A DNA stretch of 64,000 bases, taken from positions 4,127-68,126 of the forward strand of contig JAHLWZ010000865.1 of assembly GCA_020536535.1 (NCBI GenBank). Reading direction: 5' to 3'. Each line of letters begins with the position of its first letter. The stretch's first letter is position 1. The notes beneath the pieces were generated by a model. That model saw nothing but the letters and a program-made list of their open reading frames with translations. It was not told the DNA's origin and did no database searches. Position numbers and translations under genes: made by a program. Shown here piece by piece: positions 49,901 to 63,743 of this stretch. The stretch is from Pelomyxa schiedti. Its lineage: Eukaryota > Protista > Evosea.

Positions 49901-52900
49901 TAAAAGTACACTAGGTGAACAATTCAGACGCAAAACCCTTGCTTATAGACCTGGCATGGTGCCTCATTCACAGGAGCAAAACTGCATCCCCCAGCATTCT
50001 GTATTGTGTTTAGTTGAGTTTCGTTTTATTCATTGAAATAGACTTCAAATTAGTGAGTGCCTTGGTGCAATGGGCTGCCTGGACCCCTCTATTCTTGCTG
50101 ATGTAGGGAATCATGTTCCACCAATCAACCCATTTCCAGCTTCTCCCATCTTGCTGAAACAAGAAATGGAAAGTGTAACAAGACATACACAAGTTTATAT
50201 TATCATACTTAAACTCTTGGATTCCTACCTTAACGATGACGATGTGTCAGTGATTGACATAACTTCGAATACTCTAAAGGTAATCAACTGTGCCTTCATG
50301 GTCCTAACTTACAAATCCAGCAAATTTTGAAAACTGTCAGTGGTCAAGAGGCTTTCTCTTTATTAGATGCAAACGAGCAGAAATTGTTAAGTCCTTTTAA
50401 ACCTACTATGGCTGTGCCTTCTCCTCGGTTAAAAGGCTCTGGATTATCCTCCATAGACACTTTACCTGTTATTTCATGACAAGTACTTGCCTAAGGAATT
50501 TACATAGTGACAGATTTGGGAGCAGCAAAGTAGCTCTAGTTATTCCATGTGGATGTGTAACCTCACAGCAGCACTAACACCATATGCTTTTCAAGTATCC
50601 TATTCTTGACTTTGTCCTTGTTTACTGATGAAACTCAGGATGAAGTTTTGCCCTTGTGTGGTCCAATTTGCCAAGCAAAACTAGAATTTGCTGAATTCCT
50701 ATATACTCCCCTCGTCTTCAGCATACTGGAGACTGATTTGTCTCAAGCTACAAGTCTTTCTTTATGCTTCCGTACTCATCTTCTTAACAGTCCCCATTTA
50801 GTCTGTTCCCAATGACTTTTTCTCTTACACGATTAACACACAAAAGGACGTTATTTCGCTATCATTACAAGCCCTTGATTACTTGAGAGTTAATCTCACT
50901 GGCACCAGAAAAGAGAAACCATCTTATTTTGTCAAGTTTGTTCTGTGTATCACAACTTCTGTCTAACCCCTTACAGACCATTTTGGGATAAGTATCCAGA
51001 ATTTTGGATTGAATTCGATTTCATTGGCATTGCCCAGGCAGCAGTCAAGTGCTCATCGTTCTTTGGTGCGGTTCAGTATGTTGAATTTCACTGTGACAAG
51101 AAGCTCTATGATGTTGCTACTAAATTTCCTCTCCATCAATAACCACCCACAAAGAAATCTGTCTGCTTGTCGATACCCCCTGGTGATGAGAATTCTATTA
51201 ATAATTTATTACTGGATATCTACACGAACATTAATGAGCCAGATAGTGTATGCAACACAGACAGTGGAAAAAAGAATATGTGACCAACCAAACACTAGAT
51301 CTCTTGCATTCCTAAGACACATGGAAATGTTCGTGCTGATATCATTACTAGCAGGCATGAATGTAATTGGCTCAACCTACTGCGGATGTAAGTTAAAAAT
51401 ATAAATATATGTTGACAGTATTTAGTTCTGATACCTGCCTTGAATCCTCCACATCACACCCTCCCACTGAGTCTGTTACATCACTCCTATTATCCCTGCA
51501 TAACTTAGGACAGCAACACCTTCTCGAATTCTACTTGAGTATAAGCCAACTTATTGATTTGAATGCTAATGCCCCCTTTCTTAGAGGGAATAACTGTCAG
51601 CTACCCTGACTTACTTCCAAAAATATCCGAATTTCAGGTTTGTCACAGTAGTTTGCCACACCCACAGAAAGATAACATTTTTTCAATCTAGTTTGAGAAC
51701 GCGTGGCAAAGAATGCAATGGAATCTGGATGCTCCTTTGAGCGTCGAAGGTGACTACCTTGACTTCAACCATGCAGTCTACTTGTGTCTTCGATCCATTC
51801 ATGATGGTGACCACCAAATATTCCTTTCGTCCCTTAAATCATCAAGGTTGAAAAAAACCTTTTACCTTAACAACACCTCAATATTAGTAGGATGGAGATA
51901 GCACAAAGACTGGGTCGCATGAGTCATGAAAGCAGTAAAGAAGCACACTCACTTTTCGTAAAGCTACAGTGCCTCTCGGAAGTGAGTCATATCTGGAATA
52001 TTGTGTGGGGCCCTGCTAGCATGAGTTCTACTGGGCACACACTGTTACCACAGGCATTAAAGAGCCGCCCTTCCGAAGAGGAAGTAGAAAGTCTGTTCAG
52101 CTACTGGAGGGTCAGTCCTCTACAGTTTCATAATGATTGTATCTATACTGTTATCCAACACCAAGCTTATAGAAAAGTGAGTTATGTGTTCAAAAGTCTT
52201 TTGCTATCCTTGAGCCACTTCTTGGAGTGAGGAGGGTTTTCCTTCAGGTAGGCTATGCATCACTGCCCCTTTTGTTAATGAGCTTCAAAAAGATTCTTGG
52301 GCATGAAGACAAGTTACCTCTTATGCTTCGGAATCACGCAGTATTAGCTCGAGGCTCATCTTGCTTCAGTACTGCTTTCAACCTGCTCCATCAGGTTTTT
52401 TTTTTTAAAAAAAAAAGCTAAATGTGTAATGGCGATGAAAATCAGGCAAATGCCCTCGATAGTACAGGCCCACACTCTGTTACCTCTGTAATTGAAGAAT
52501 GTAAAATTTTGTGGCATCAAGGGGAGCTCAATAGAGCAATCGAAATCTTAAAGAGCATTGAGAATAGCCCATCACTAAATGGCAGTTCAATTTCTTTATG
52601 AGTACATATGATTGACTTAACTGCAGAATCCATTCTTGCAAAAGTGCTTTACAACATTGGAAAGTGGACAGCCCAGACTAGAGCTGAGCGTGGCCAAATA
52701 ATCGAAGACTATCTACAACGATCAGTGCAACTCTTACAACACCATGGAAGTAATGTATGCAAGGCTTGCTTTCGGTTGGCCCAATGTAAGTCAGTAACTA
52801 CTTCTAACGTGCTAACCTTAAACCAGTTTGTGATGAAATTCACCAAAATTTTATTGACCAAACAAAGGTTTTGGTGCCTTTAAGTTACCTTTCCAATGAT

Positions 52901-55418
52901 AACACTTGAACTAGTCACCAGAGTGGGAAACTCAACAGAATTTGAGAACTTTGAAAGAGCAGGAGCTAGAAAAATTAAACTCCAAGATGAAGAACTCTGA
53001 TCAAACAATCCAGCGGTACTTCTTTTTCGGGCATCCCATTAGGTGACTAATTATTCAAAGACATATCCATGTCTTGGAGCGTCAGGTGGAACTTGACCGG
53101 CAGGAAACAGCGAGGACTGAACTAGGTATAGGATGAAGTGGCAGTAATTAGAATTAACGTTGCCCAATGAAGAGAAAGCTAAATTCTTGCGTCAAGCTGT
53201 CCTCAACTACATAAACAGTCTCAAGTTTGGAGACAAGTATGACATCTCATCTGTGTTCAGACTCTGTTCTCTCTGGTTTTTCAATACCACTGATGATCAA
53301 ATAAATCTCACGATGAAATCTTCTATTCCCCAAATTCAGGTTTGAAAACTTCTATTTTCCCTTCCTAACTCACTCAGTCCCGTAAATTTATACCTTTGAT
53401 ATACCAAATCGCTTCACGTTTGAGCTTAGAGAAAAACGAATTTCAGGTGCAACTCTTTCCCTCTATGCCTGCTGCTCACCCCAGCATAGTCCGCACTACA
53501 AGTTCTCCTTGAAAGATGCTCTGCAGATCACCCGCACCATACACTTTGGCAATTATTTGCACTTGCACATGGTGACCGGAGGCAGAAGCAGGACCGTCAC
53601 CATATTGTGGACCAAGATAAAGTCTCAGCCGCAAATGGTATTCCCCCGAAATTTTGCAGGCTTTAACATAAGTTAAGCGATTTTAAACCATCTTCCTCAA
53701 GCAGTAAGCGGGGTTCTTTCTCAAATGAGGCTACTCATAACAGCCTACATAGACGTACTGCTCTCCTATTCCATTACACACTGATGTTTTTAGCTGGCCT
53801 CTCTTGACTTTAAAGGAGACAGCAAACCAAAGGTTCAACAACCCATTCCGTTACCAAGCAACATACGTGTGCCTCCTCTGCACAGTGTTGCTGTACCCAC
53901 TGTGGATACCCCTCTTGACCCCCACTGCAGATATAGTGTAAATGTGCTTTTTAGTACTTCCTTTCCAACGCATTACCAAAGGATATAATATCTGTGGATG
54001 GGTTTGAAAAGACATTTACTATTCCCGGAGGGATAAATCTTCCCAGGTGTATAATTTGCAGAGGTTCTAATGGTGTTGGATATAAACAACTTGTTAAAGT
54101 TACGTTACCAACTTCATATTGCATCTTAACATTCATACAGGGAACAGATGACTTGAGGCAGGACGCAGTGATGGAACAGTTGTTTCAGATGGTCAATGTT
54201 CTACTTACAGAAAGCCACGAAACACGAAAAAGGAACTTAAAGATTCGCACTTATAAAGTAAGAAGATATTGTGGTGTAAACTCCCCAACCTCTCTAGGTC
54301 GTTCCTCTGACTCCGACATCTGGCTTTCTCGAATGGGTGAATAACACAATACCAATTGGAGAATATCTCGTTGGTTCATCAAGGTATTTAGCTGGTATGG
54401 TTCGAAGTTAACTTTACAAAGAGAACCAAATAACACCACTTGCGCTCACGTGAGATTTCACCCCAATGACTGGCGCTCTGCAGAATGCCGGTTTCTTTTC
54501 GCCTTATTATTATTTTTTTTTCTTACCTTTCTTTTTTGTAGGAAGAAGCTTAGTGCCAATGCTCGAGGTTATAAAGAAATATGTGACCATTTTAAGCCTG
54601 TGTTCCATCACTTTTTCCAAGAGTTCTTCTCTACAGCCTCACAGTGGTTTGAGAAGCAAATCTCCTACACCCGCAGTGTTGCGTCAAACAGTATCATTGG
54701 TGTGTAAACATTCGTGATTGAGGATTGCAAACATCATGCAACAGGTTACATTGTCGGTCTGGGAGACCGGCATGCACAAAATATTCTAGTTGACAAATCC
54801 ACGGCCGAGCTTGTGCACATAGACCTTGGAGTTGCCTTTGAGCAGGGCAAAACTCTAAATACTCCTGAACTCGTCCCATTTCGTCTCACACGTGACATTG
54901 TTGACGGAATGGGGGTATCCGGCACTGAAGGAGTCTTTCGGCGCTGCTGTGAAGAGACAATGAGAGTTCTGCATTTAAGACACCAAGCACTTTTGACCAT
55001 ACTTGAAGTATTTATCCACGACCCACTGTATCGTTGGGCTCTGGATCCTTTGGCGGTAAGTAGTCAAATTGTACCATGTCGTCTAATTTTTTCAGGCACA
55101 CCGGAGACAAGGTGACTCTGAAGAAGATTCCCCCAAAGAAAACACATCTGTAAATGGTGAGACTGTTCACCTTTTCTTGTGACTCACAAAAACAAAGCCT
55201 TCCCAGGCAATCGTGACGCCGAGCGTGCATTGTTCCGGTTGAAGTTAAAGCTGCAGGCACTCGAATACGGCGACCCTCTCTCTGTACATTCCACTTCACG
55301 TGCTTCCTCGTTACTCAGAATTCCACAGGTCGAAGGACAGGTTACCCAGCTCATCATAGAAGCAAAAGATCCCCAAAGACTGGGAAAGATGTATCCTGGT
55401 TGGGCACCCTGGGTTTAA
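43925..55418 (+). CDS. ATM: Serine/threonine kinase ATM/Tel1 (PIKK)
   Basis: TAN-like start MSRTLE..LAKERK; FAT region; VFRLCSLWF; GGINLP..KQLVK|[13 protein letters not shown]; [10 protein letters not shown]; [11 protein letters not shown]; [11 protein letters not shown]; FATC end MYPGWAPWV*. Confidence 0.96.
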
Positions 55419-55471
55419 AAAAATTGTGTTGTATGTTAAAAGAACAATAAACATAGTGTTTTGTTAGGAAA

Positions 55472-57331
55472 TCAAAACAGAGAGGGGAAGACTGGGAAAG
55501 TTCTGGGTCTTGTTGGCGGGGCAGGACGGGTCACCCAGTTGCCCACTGTTTCTATTAGAAAATGTGGCAATAAGTGAAAGCCACTGTTTCTTCCACATGC
55601 AGGGTGGCATGATAAAGCATAAATCCAACAAATTTTTGCTTTCAGGAAAGTCTGGGCAGTTTGGTGACAAGAAATAAAGAACAATACATTAACCTGGAGG
55701 GACTCGCTTGTTTGAAGAGCTTCTATCCACATTTCTCTGCAACAACCAGTGTTGGAGAGTTCTGCACCCTTACTCATTAGAATTTGAACAACTCTAATGG
55801 CTTGAGTAGGTCCGCACAGTCTGTATGCAGAACTGTGCTGTGGAAGACTCCAGTACAAGGCAATCTGTAGAGAAAATACACGGACTTCTGGTTTTTCCTG
55901 GTCATTTACCTGAGCTCCTTTCCCTATAAGGAAAGTTATTCTTTCGGCCCTCCCAAAGAGTGCCGCAGAAGCCAAGGGTGTCATCGTATTTTTCTCTGCA
56001 AATCGCCACTGGGCTGGGGTATCCACAATGTCGGGCCGCACAGCAAGTAACGATTGTATTAGATAATCAGATTGCGGGACCGTGGAGCAGCACAGGTGGA
56101 CAAGCGCCATTGGGCCCCAGTCCAAAGTTTTGCTTCCTGGCTTTGGCCAAGATGCTCCACATTCAAGAAGTGCTTGTGCGGAAGGCCCTTTTTCCAACAA
56201 AATGGCAACAAACAGAGGTTGCAGTGCTAGTCGGGAAGGAATCCAGTCTACGCCCCAGGCACTGTGTGATTCAGGAGTATCAACACAGACCCCCGCTTTG
56301 GAAAGGGCAAGTATACAATGAGGATTGTTCACAACAACAGCCTCCATCAGAGTCTTTGTGCTCGGAGAGACAACGTGGAAAGAGAGTAGCTTCACAAGTG
56401 CTTTTGAGTCAGGAGCACAGGTGGCCAGAAGCAGGTCCTCTTCAGTTACTTTGGCACCAGCTTTGTACAAAGTGCCAAGGCATTTACCGGTACGGTAGGC
56501 ATGATGTATAGCCTTCCGGTTTAGACCCGGATGATATGCGTTTGGTGAGACCCCATTACCAAGTAAAATCTGTTTTCTTCAATTTGGTGGCATTGCGAAG
56601 AATATGCACACCTTGACTAACGTCTTATCATCGCTCTTTATTGCTGCAAATAAAGCCGCCTCGAGCAGGGGGCGGTTTCCCTTGCTGTATGTACAGAGCA
56701 ACGTAAAAATGTCATCCCGTAGCTGTCAAAGAAAAATTATAGTCCTAACAGGTATTTTTTGTTTCCGAGTGAGGAGGTAACCTTGGATGGTGGTTGTTCA
56801 GCACAAAGAGCTAAAAATGTAGTAGAATCTTTTGTTGTGGCACCAGCATTAATTAGAGTATGTACAATCTCAAGAGATTGTGCTTTAACGGCAACACCCC
56901 AAGCAGTTGTCGGACACAGATTGCCCTTCATTCTGAACCATGTAGGAGCAGTTAGATTGGGTTTGTTCCTCTTTACATTGTTTTCTGTTGCACACTTGGA
57001 GCAAATCCAGAGAGTAAACTGCTGGTCGGTCACAACAACACTGTACTCGTTAGAAATTGCGTTGACCTCGCGGTACTCTATCGTCTTTCTCAGAAGCTCC
57101 TCGAGACCCTCTGGAGTCATAAACTGTGACGACGCCAGAATACCATCGGCTACCAACGGTCCCTCTTCATACAATGCCTTGTGTAGTTTCTGCACCAAGT
57201 AGCATGAACAATCAACAGACAAACCCCACAAGAAGAGGGGCACAACAAACTTCGAACATCCTTCCCACAATGAGGTCTGAATGATGTTTCTCAAAGTAGT
57301 TGTAGTTTGTGTTTGCCTCGCTGTTCCCCAT
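55472..57331 (-). CDS. Ankyrin-repeat protein with MG N-terminus, a CxxC knuckle and HPxCG C-terminal motif
   Basis: MGNSEA..; WICSKC..N; repeats TAWGVAV, TLMEAVV, PLFVAIL, TPLASAA; C-terminal SCHPACGRNS..LP. Confidence 0.7.
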
Positions 57332-57454
57332 AGCCCTCAACCCAAAAGAATTTTTTGTGCACAAACGGCCCAGGAAGGCCGTTTCACCCGATTCGTGCAC
57401 ACGGGTGCTAGTGGAAGGAATGAACCAGTTTATTTTTGTTCCATGGGGCCTGCT

Positions 57455-58601
57455 TCAAACTGCAAGGAAAGCCTCAAGGATAGCAGTTTCACCAATTCTC
57501 ACAGTCACGGCATTGGCCAGTCTGGTAAAGTGCTTTGCGGAGGTGGAATTTCCAGCATGTGCTGCAGTTGAGTATTGCGCTTTGAGGGTGGCAAGTGTAT
57601 GCTCAAGGGAGCGTGCCACCGTAGGTATCCAGTTTGGTACTTGCAACTAAACACAGGAATTCCCGTACTTTCCTGGAAGAATAGTGTGGTTAGTTTGGTG
57701 TGGACAGTGGTGGGATTTATGGTTTCTTTCTTACTGGGAGGACTTCAGTTCAGCCGGAATGTACTTGAATCCACCGCAGGCTACATAAAATGCTGAACTA
57801 CTCAATAGATCAGAGGCACGCAGTTTGAGAGATATTCACCTGTAGGACATCCATGCATAGAACGCAGGCAATATCAATAAGTAGTTTTGATGCTCGTGAG
57901 TGTCTTGTCCTTCTTTCCGGGAGCGTTGGTGCCGGCGTTTGCGTTTCTGGGCTGAAGTTATAAATTGTGTATTGCCGCGTTTGATTCGTCCAGCAAAAAT
58001 GCATTCCTGAGCAATCAGTTGGTAGCACTTTTTGCAGCCATTTACTGCGTGTAGATGCCTCGCCTGTGATGTTTGTTTGGGGATTATCAGTAATTAATTA
58101 CGGAACCCAACATACTGGTAAACGATGATAGGCATGGGGTGGTGCAAAGCCAATCCAAGTCAATAGAAACTTTGTCAAATGAATATGGCGTGTCCACAAA
58201 TCCATAGCACCTCAGTAATTCCGAGTTGGAGAGGTCGCCGTACTACCTGAACATAACCTAACCCTAAGTTTTTCCGGCACATGGAGCAAGAATCCCTACC
58301 AGAGCTGAGTGCTGGTGCCGTTGTGTTGATTGGTTGCCTGTCTGGAATTCCTTTGTTGAGACTTCAATTTTCTCCCTCCAAGAAGATGCTCGTTAGGTCT
58401 ATTCGCCTTTTCTCTGTTCCACACCAGCATCAAAACAATGAGAAATAAAAAAAAAATAGATCTGTTGTTATCAAACTCTGGTTTGGTGGTGTTGGTTTGT
58501 TCACAGATGAAACCTGAAAGTTCCAGCCAAGACTCATGCTGCAGATGCAGTGTGAACAGTGGCTGTTGTGTATCAAGGTCAATCAACGTCAAGCTAGCCA
58601 T
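57455..58601 (-). CDS. Rubisco-LSMT substrate-binding-like protein retaining only the last SET motif (5' structure uncertain)
   Basis: Exon near 58240 reads YGDLSNSELLRCYGFV; C-terminus RLANAVTVRIGETAIL; no upstream SET core (NHS motif) found. Confidence 0.5.
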
Positions 58602-58655
58602 GCTTGGGAAAAAAACTCGAATTTGTTTGCGGGTGCGTGGGGTTGACAAAAGTAA

Positions 58656-61415
58656 ATGGGAGCAGCACCCGTTAAAGTGCCAGTATCAGGTGAACTTCGG
58701 TCTCTTTGGGATGCGGTTGCTTCAGGTAACGCAACTCACACTGCTGTCTTACTTGGTCGTGGTGCTTCAATTGACATAAACGCGTACTACAGAGATGGTA
58801 TCGCTTTGTTCCAAGATAAATTTTACATAAAATTCGATTTTAACCCTCCTATTTAAACGCATACACAAAGTGCTCAATGAGAGCTCGACTAGCACACTGT
58901 TGCACTTGGCCTGTAGTGTTGGTAGTGTTTCTATTGTACAACTACTGATTTATGACCCACCGCCACCTCATAAGCCATTCAAAAACATGAATGCACCAAG
59001 GTCACCTGATGACACCTCCACTGCACTATCAGTTGCATGTAGGTTGGGATATGAGGAAGTGGTATGTGAGATAGTGCAGGGACCGCGTGGTGGCGAGGTG
59101 GATGTAAACTACATTACTGCCTGGGGGACACCACTGCACATTACGTGTGCCCTCATTGACCAAGAGAAAGCAGCAAGGATTGCACAGACACTTCTGTCAC
59201 ACCCTTCCATTAAGGTGAATAAGGGTGACGGAAAACACCGCTCACAAAAGCTCTCCTCAAGGGGTCACTCTCAGTTGCACTAGTAATTAAACTGCATGGT
59301 GGTGTTGTCACCCCAGTGAAGCAAGAAAAGGTGGACAAGGCAATGGGTGGTCATGATAAATTTCTCGAGTTCTTGGCTAGCTGTAGTGGTTGCTTGCAGC
59401 TAGCTTGTCCACCTTCTTGCCCAGCTATAGCACAACCCGTTTCATCCTCGTATCCTCAACAACTACCACCAAAGGTTCCCCCCATCAGTGACACCAACAG
59501 AATGAGTCTTACTGCAGACACTGAAACACCACCAGTTGGTACATTCTGCCATTGTCCATTAAATTTATCCTGACCTTCTTCATCAGAAAGGCTCTTGAAA
59601 AACGACGTGGTGAGTGAGCTTGAAATAGATGTTACACCAATGCCACTTGGTATATCCTCACCTTTTCATAAAATGACTAATGACCCATCAGGTAGGCTTT
59701 CTAAGAAGCAAATTCAAGCTGGGTACGAAATTCTCAGACAACTTGAAGTAGCAATCGCCACCCCTGGAGGTGCCCCACAAGGTGTTGTTGAAGATTACAC
59801 CAATCAATTTAATACTCTCATTCCACATGGATTTCCTCCGGTTTTGATTTCCACCACTGATTTATTGAAGAGCCGAATGAAAGTGAGGATTAATCTCCCT
59901 TTTTGAATAGAGAAATAAGCTACCACCAGGCACTTACTGATATGGAAACTGCAAGAACACAACAGAGGTCCGAGGAAAAACACCACCCCTCTGCAGTTAC
60001 CACACCAACACCAGCACATCCACACAAAGTTGGGTTCTCAATTCAAAATGCCAACACAGAGCAGGTCTGTCAGTGGCTCAGCTCCATTGGAATTGAGGAA
60101 GCCTGTTTGAATATCATAAGAACCCACAAACTGCGTGGGAGGACAATCATGAGCTACACAGTGCAGCAGCTGTGTGCTCTTGGGCTTGTTCTGGGAGATG
60201 CAGAGTTAATTGTAGAGGAAATGCGATCCTGTGTGCAGCCCTCTAATGAACCTCACAAAGGTTTCGTCCCTGAGTTGGATGCTCCAAAATCCCCAGGTTT
60301 TTTTTTTTTTTTTTTTTTTTGGGTTCTACACTGATTTCTTTTTTTACTTCAGTTGCATTGCAACTTGCAGGACCAGAGTTGAATTACAAGTGCATGGCAT
60401 TTGTTGTTGGAAATGAGTCTTACTCTCGCCTTCCCCTCCACAATGCCCTTAATGATGCAGCAACTGTCAGTCAAGTCTGTTTTAATTGTTAGGCCACTCA
60501 AATATCGCGCAGTTTCTGAGTGACCACTGCAAGTTTGACGTGACTTCTTTCTCGAATCTCTGCACACTGCTTGATTTTGCCAATCAGTTGGAGCAGTTCA
60601 AGAGCAAGTTAAAGCTTTTAAAGTATGAAGGAAGAAAGGCAAGCACACCAAATGCAACCTCTTTCATTTAAACAAGTTCCAACATTTTATCATGCTCCCT
60701 TTTACAGATTGCAACTATTTTTTACTTTGCTGGACATGGAAGACAAATTGCAGGGCACAACTTCTTGCTCATGACTGGAGACGATTCAGCATACACTGAA
60801 CCCGAATTTGACCTGATGAAGTTCAAGGCACCAATGCTCGGTGATGTGTTGGATGGAATCAAACGGCACTCTGATTTGACAATTGGTATCCTAGATGCTT
60901 GCCGAGAATCTGATACAGCTGACAAGGATGAATTCAGGGTGTGCTACAACCACTCATTCAACTTCATCTCACAAAAGCAATTTCTTAGACGCGTGGATTT
61001 GGAGGCACCCAACTCTGTATGGAGGCTTTTCCAACTGGGTGCATTGTAATCTATCCTACAAGCCCAGGTTTTTCTAAAAAAACTACCAACCCCTCTTGCA
61101 TTGTGCTGCTTTTAACTACCCACAAAAGGAAAGAACACCAGAGATACATGCAAATTGTCCAATAGGCATAACCATGGATTTTTCACTGGATGCCTTCTTG
61201 AAGGTAATCACCACGCATTATAACAACAGGCAATCAATTGCAGCCACACCCATACCAACTCACTTTTGCACCATGCAGTTCTTGAAGGAGCAACACCAGG
61301 GACAGCATTCAGTGACTTGATTGATGACACTATGACCATGGTACAGTCACTTTCCAAAGGAGAACAGTGCCCTTGGGTGTCAAAGAGTGTTGGGACTCGT
61401 TTCTCTCTCTTCTAA
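58656..61415 (+). CDS. Ankyrin repeats - PARP regulatory domain - SAM - caspase-like peptidase C14 fusion
   Basis: ANK (TLLHLAC, TALSVAC, TPLHITC); MPLG|RLSKKQIQAGYEIL..NQFNTLIPH; SAM VCQWLSSIGI..LGLVLGD; AFVVGNESY..L.NALNDA, FYFAGHG (His 60735), ILDACR (Cys 60900), YPTSPG, HGFFTGCLL, QCPW; stop 61413-61415. Confidence 0.85.
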
Positions 61416-61673
61416 ACCTCCATAGATTTGATTTAAAATAACAGATTGTTTTTGTGAACAGTGAGGTTTTTTCCTCCAAGAGCTTGTTTGTATTTATTGG
61501 TGATAGTTTCCATGGCTTCATTCTGCAGAAATTAATTAATGTGCAATGGCTATACTGCTCTTCACCACTTGGAGGCCTATGTGTGTGACACTTCAAAACA
61601 TCCATTAATTCCTGGAGACAGTCCTTTTATGTGAAATAGACTCCCACAACCTTGTGAACCAAGGACCGCCACA

Positions 61674-62632
61674 TTGCAGGTTTCACCACCCGACGCGTCA
61701 TCCCTACTCGTGTCAGTCGACGCGTGCGTTCGCGGTGTTCCTTTTTGGGTGTCAGACCCAGCCTCGGCTGCGTCGGGAGGGGTTGTTTCGGTACCTCCTT
61801 GGTGGGACATCAATAGCCCACTTGACGTTGCGAGATGGACCCCACTTCATGTTGCTTGTCGCAACGGTCACGCTGAACTTGTGCGGGACATGTTGCGTGA
61901 CGGAGCATACCAATTGACCCGAATTTGCCCGACAAGTATGGCGATACTGCGTTGGTTCTTGCTGGCCGTATGGACCACACAGATGTAGTTGCGGTACTGC
62001 TGAGCCATGTGGGGCAAAGTGGTGGTGGTGGCGGAAATAATGAAGGGGGGAAGATATTGATTGATGTGGAAAAGGGGTGCCCATTTCACTGGGCTTGTAG
62101 CTACGGCCACGTTAGAGTGGTTAAGCTGATGTTGGCGTGCCCAATGGTGGATGTGAACCGGATACCACAAGAGGGAACAGTCCACTTGCAGGCTAAAGGA
62201 TTCCAGTTGCCGGTTCTGGTCTGCCCTTCTCCCTTTTTTTTTCTCCCAGCTAACCAATGCATAGATTTTGTGACAAGCTGCTGTTATGTTCAAGACTTCC
62301 GCTAGTTGGCAGCAAACTTGGTTTGTCCCTTTTATTGGCTTTCTGCTTCTAACATCCACACAGGTTCGCATGACAATTATTTGATGTACGCACCTTTGCC
62401 ACTTGCCAAAGAGCAAGAGAGTCTGCCTGCAGGTTTGTTCTTTCCGCATGTCTTATTTTATTTTATTTTAATTATTTTGAAGAGTACAACCGCGACAGCC
62501 TCTCTGTTACTGGACAACCAGCGGGAAAAAAAAAATAAATTATGTCTTCCAATTTGTAGGCAAGATCCCCAATTTGTGCCCGATTTGAGAATGCTCAAAG
62601 CGGTGCCACTTTGAAATTCCTCCACTTTGTCC
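61674..62632 (+). pseudogene. Frameshifted ankyrin-repeat gene fragment
   Basis: WTPLHVACRNGH continues as IDPNLPDKYGDTAL only after a 1-nt frameshift near 61905, with no room for an intron; further stops downstream. Confidence 0.55.
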
Positions 62633-62646
62633 AAAGTGTGCACTAG

Positions 62647-63570
62647 TTAAGCAATTTGGAGGCTCACTTTGGTTCCAATTTGACGTGTAAATTGGGAAAT
62701 TTTTGGAGTTAGGGTGTGGTGGCTCTGCTGTTGTACGCAAAGGGTATTAACGCAAATTGCAAGAGCGTTCCAAAGGGTGTAACTCCACTGGAAGTGGCAA
62801 CCAAGAAATGACATACTGCAATATGTGCCCACTCCTTGTGGTGATCAATGTGTCATCCTAAATGGAACTTAGTTGCAAGATCGAATGTAGGGAAATAGAC
62901 AAACCATATCACATCCAAGTACTGGGCAAGTGGTAGGAGTCGAAAAAAGGTGGTCTCAAAGAAAGGATAGTTCCAAATTTTGTCCATGACGGAGGTGATA
63001 ATCTAACTGCCACATTCAGGGGCTTGGCTGAGCCTGGCGGGGAGGAATGTGTAGAATTAACAGTTTGTGGTGACACAGTGGGGGCAGCATCAGTCCCCAG
63101 GTCCATTTCTGAATCAACATCATAAAGTCAATAAGGTGTTGTGGATTCTTTCTATAACACCTAAAATGGGAAACCAACAAACCAAACGATTACTCCTAAA
63201 AATAATAAAGTAATAGAAATACAAGAACACGTACTTGGAACCATATGGGCATTTGGGTCGGTTCTGAAAAAGGAGTGAGACAAACTCAGAGAGTAATTAC
63301 ATCACACCTTCACACATTTTCTTCAGTGGCCATTTTCAACAAAGGGACCTTTGCTATTTCTGGTGTACAACTCTGGCATACTGTTGGATCAATCAACGGT
63401 GTTGTGGTGATCTTATAAATATGCAAGTTGGGTAACAGATGTAGGACTAGAATAGTCATAACCAAAAAGTATTTTTAGGAGGATATCAACCATCACCACG
63501 TTCAAAATACAGCACTTCATTATCTCCGCGGGCTATCAATGAAAGATTTGTGCCGAGCTGAAAGCAAGTG
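62647..63570 (-). other. Possible uncharacterised or degenerate spliced gene
   Basis: Short open exon-like segments with GT/AG flanks (e.g. 62909-63106; ARGDNEVLYFERGD near 63500-63540); no coherent model could be built. Confidence 0.25.
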
Positions 63571-63743
63571 AGTTTTGAGCAAGACAGGTAGAAAGAAAGA
63601 AAACCCACACCCAGTTGGCAACGAGTTGGTTATTAAGAATTTCTATTGGCACCTATTATAATGAGTGGCCAGTTTCGGTACTCGCGTTGTTGGCGTATTT
63701 GGTTGGACATGCACAGATGCTACAATGAGAGCGCAAATTCACT

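Noticed and set aside
58254-58268. Telomere-like TTAGGGTTAGG on the minus strand
   Set aside because: Under two units, inside a probable intron; expected by chance.
63500-63545. SH3-like motif ARGDNEVLYFERGD on the minus strand
   Set aside because: The downstream WW and G.FP motifs are not found.
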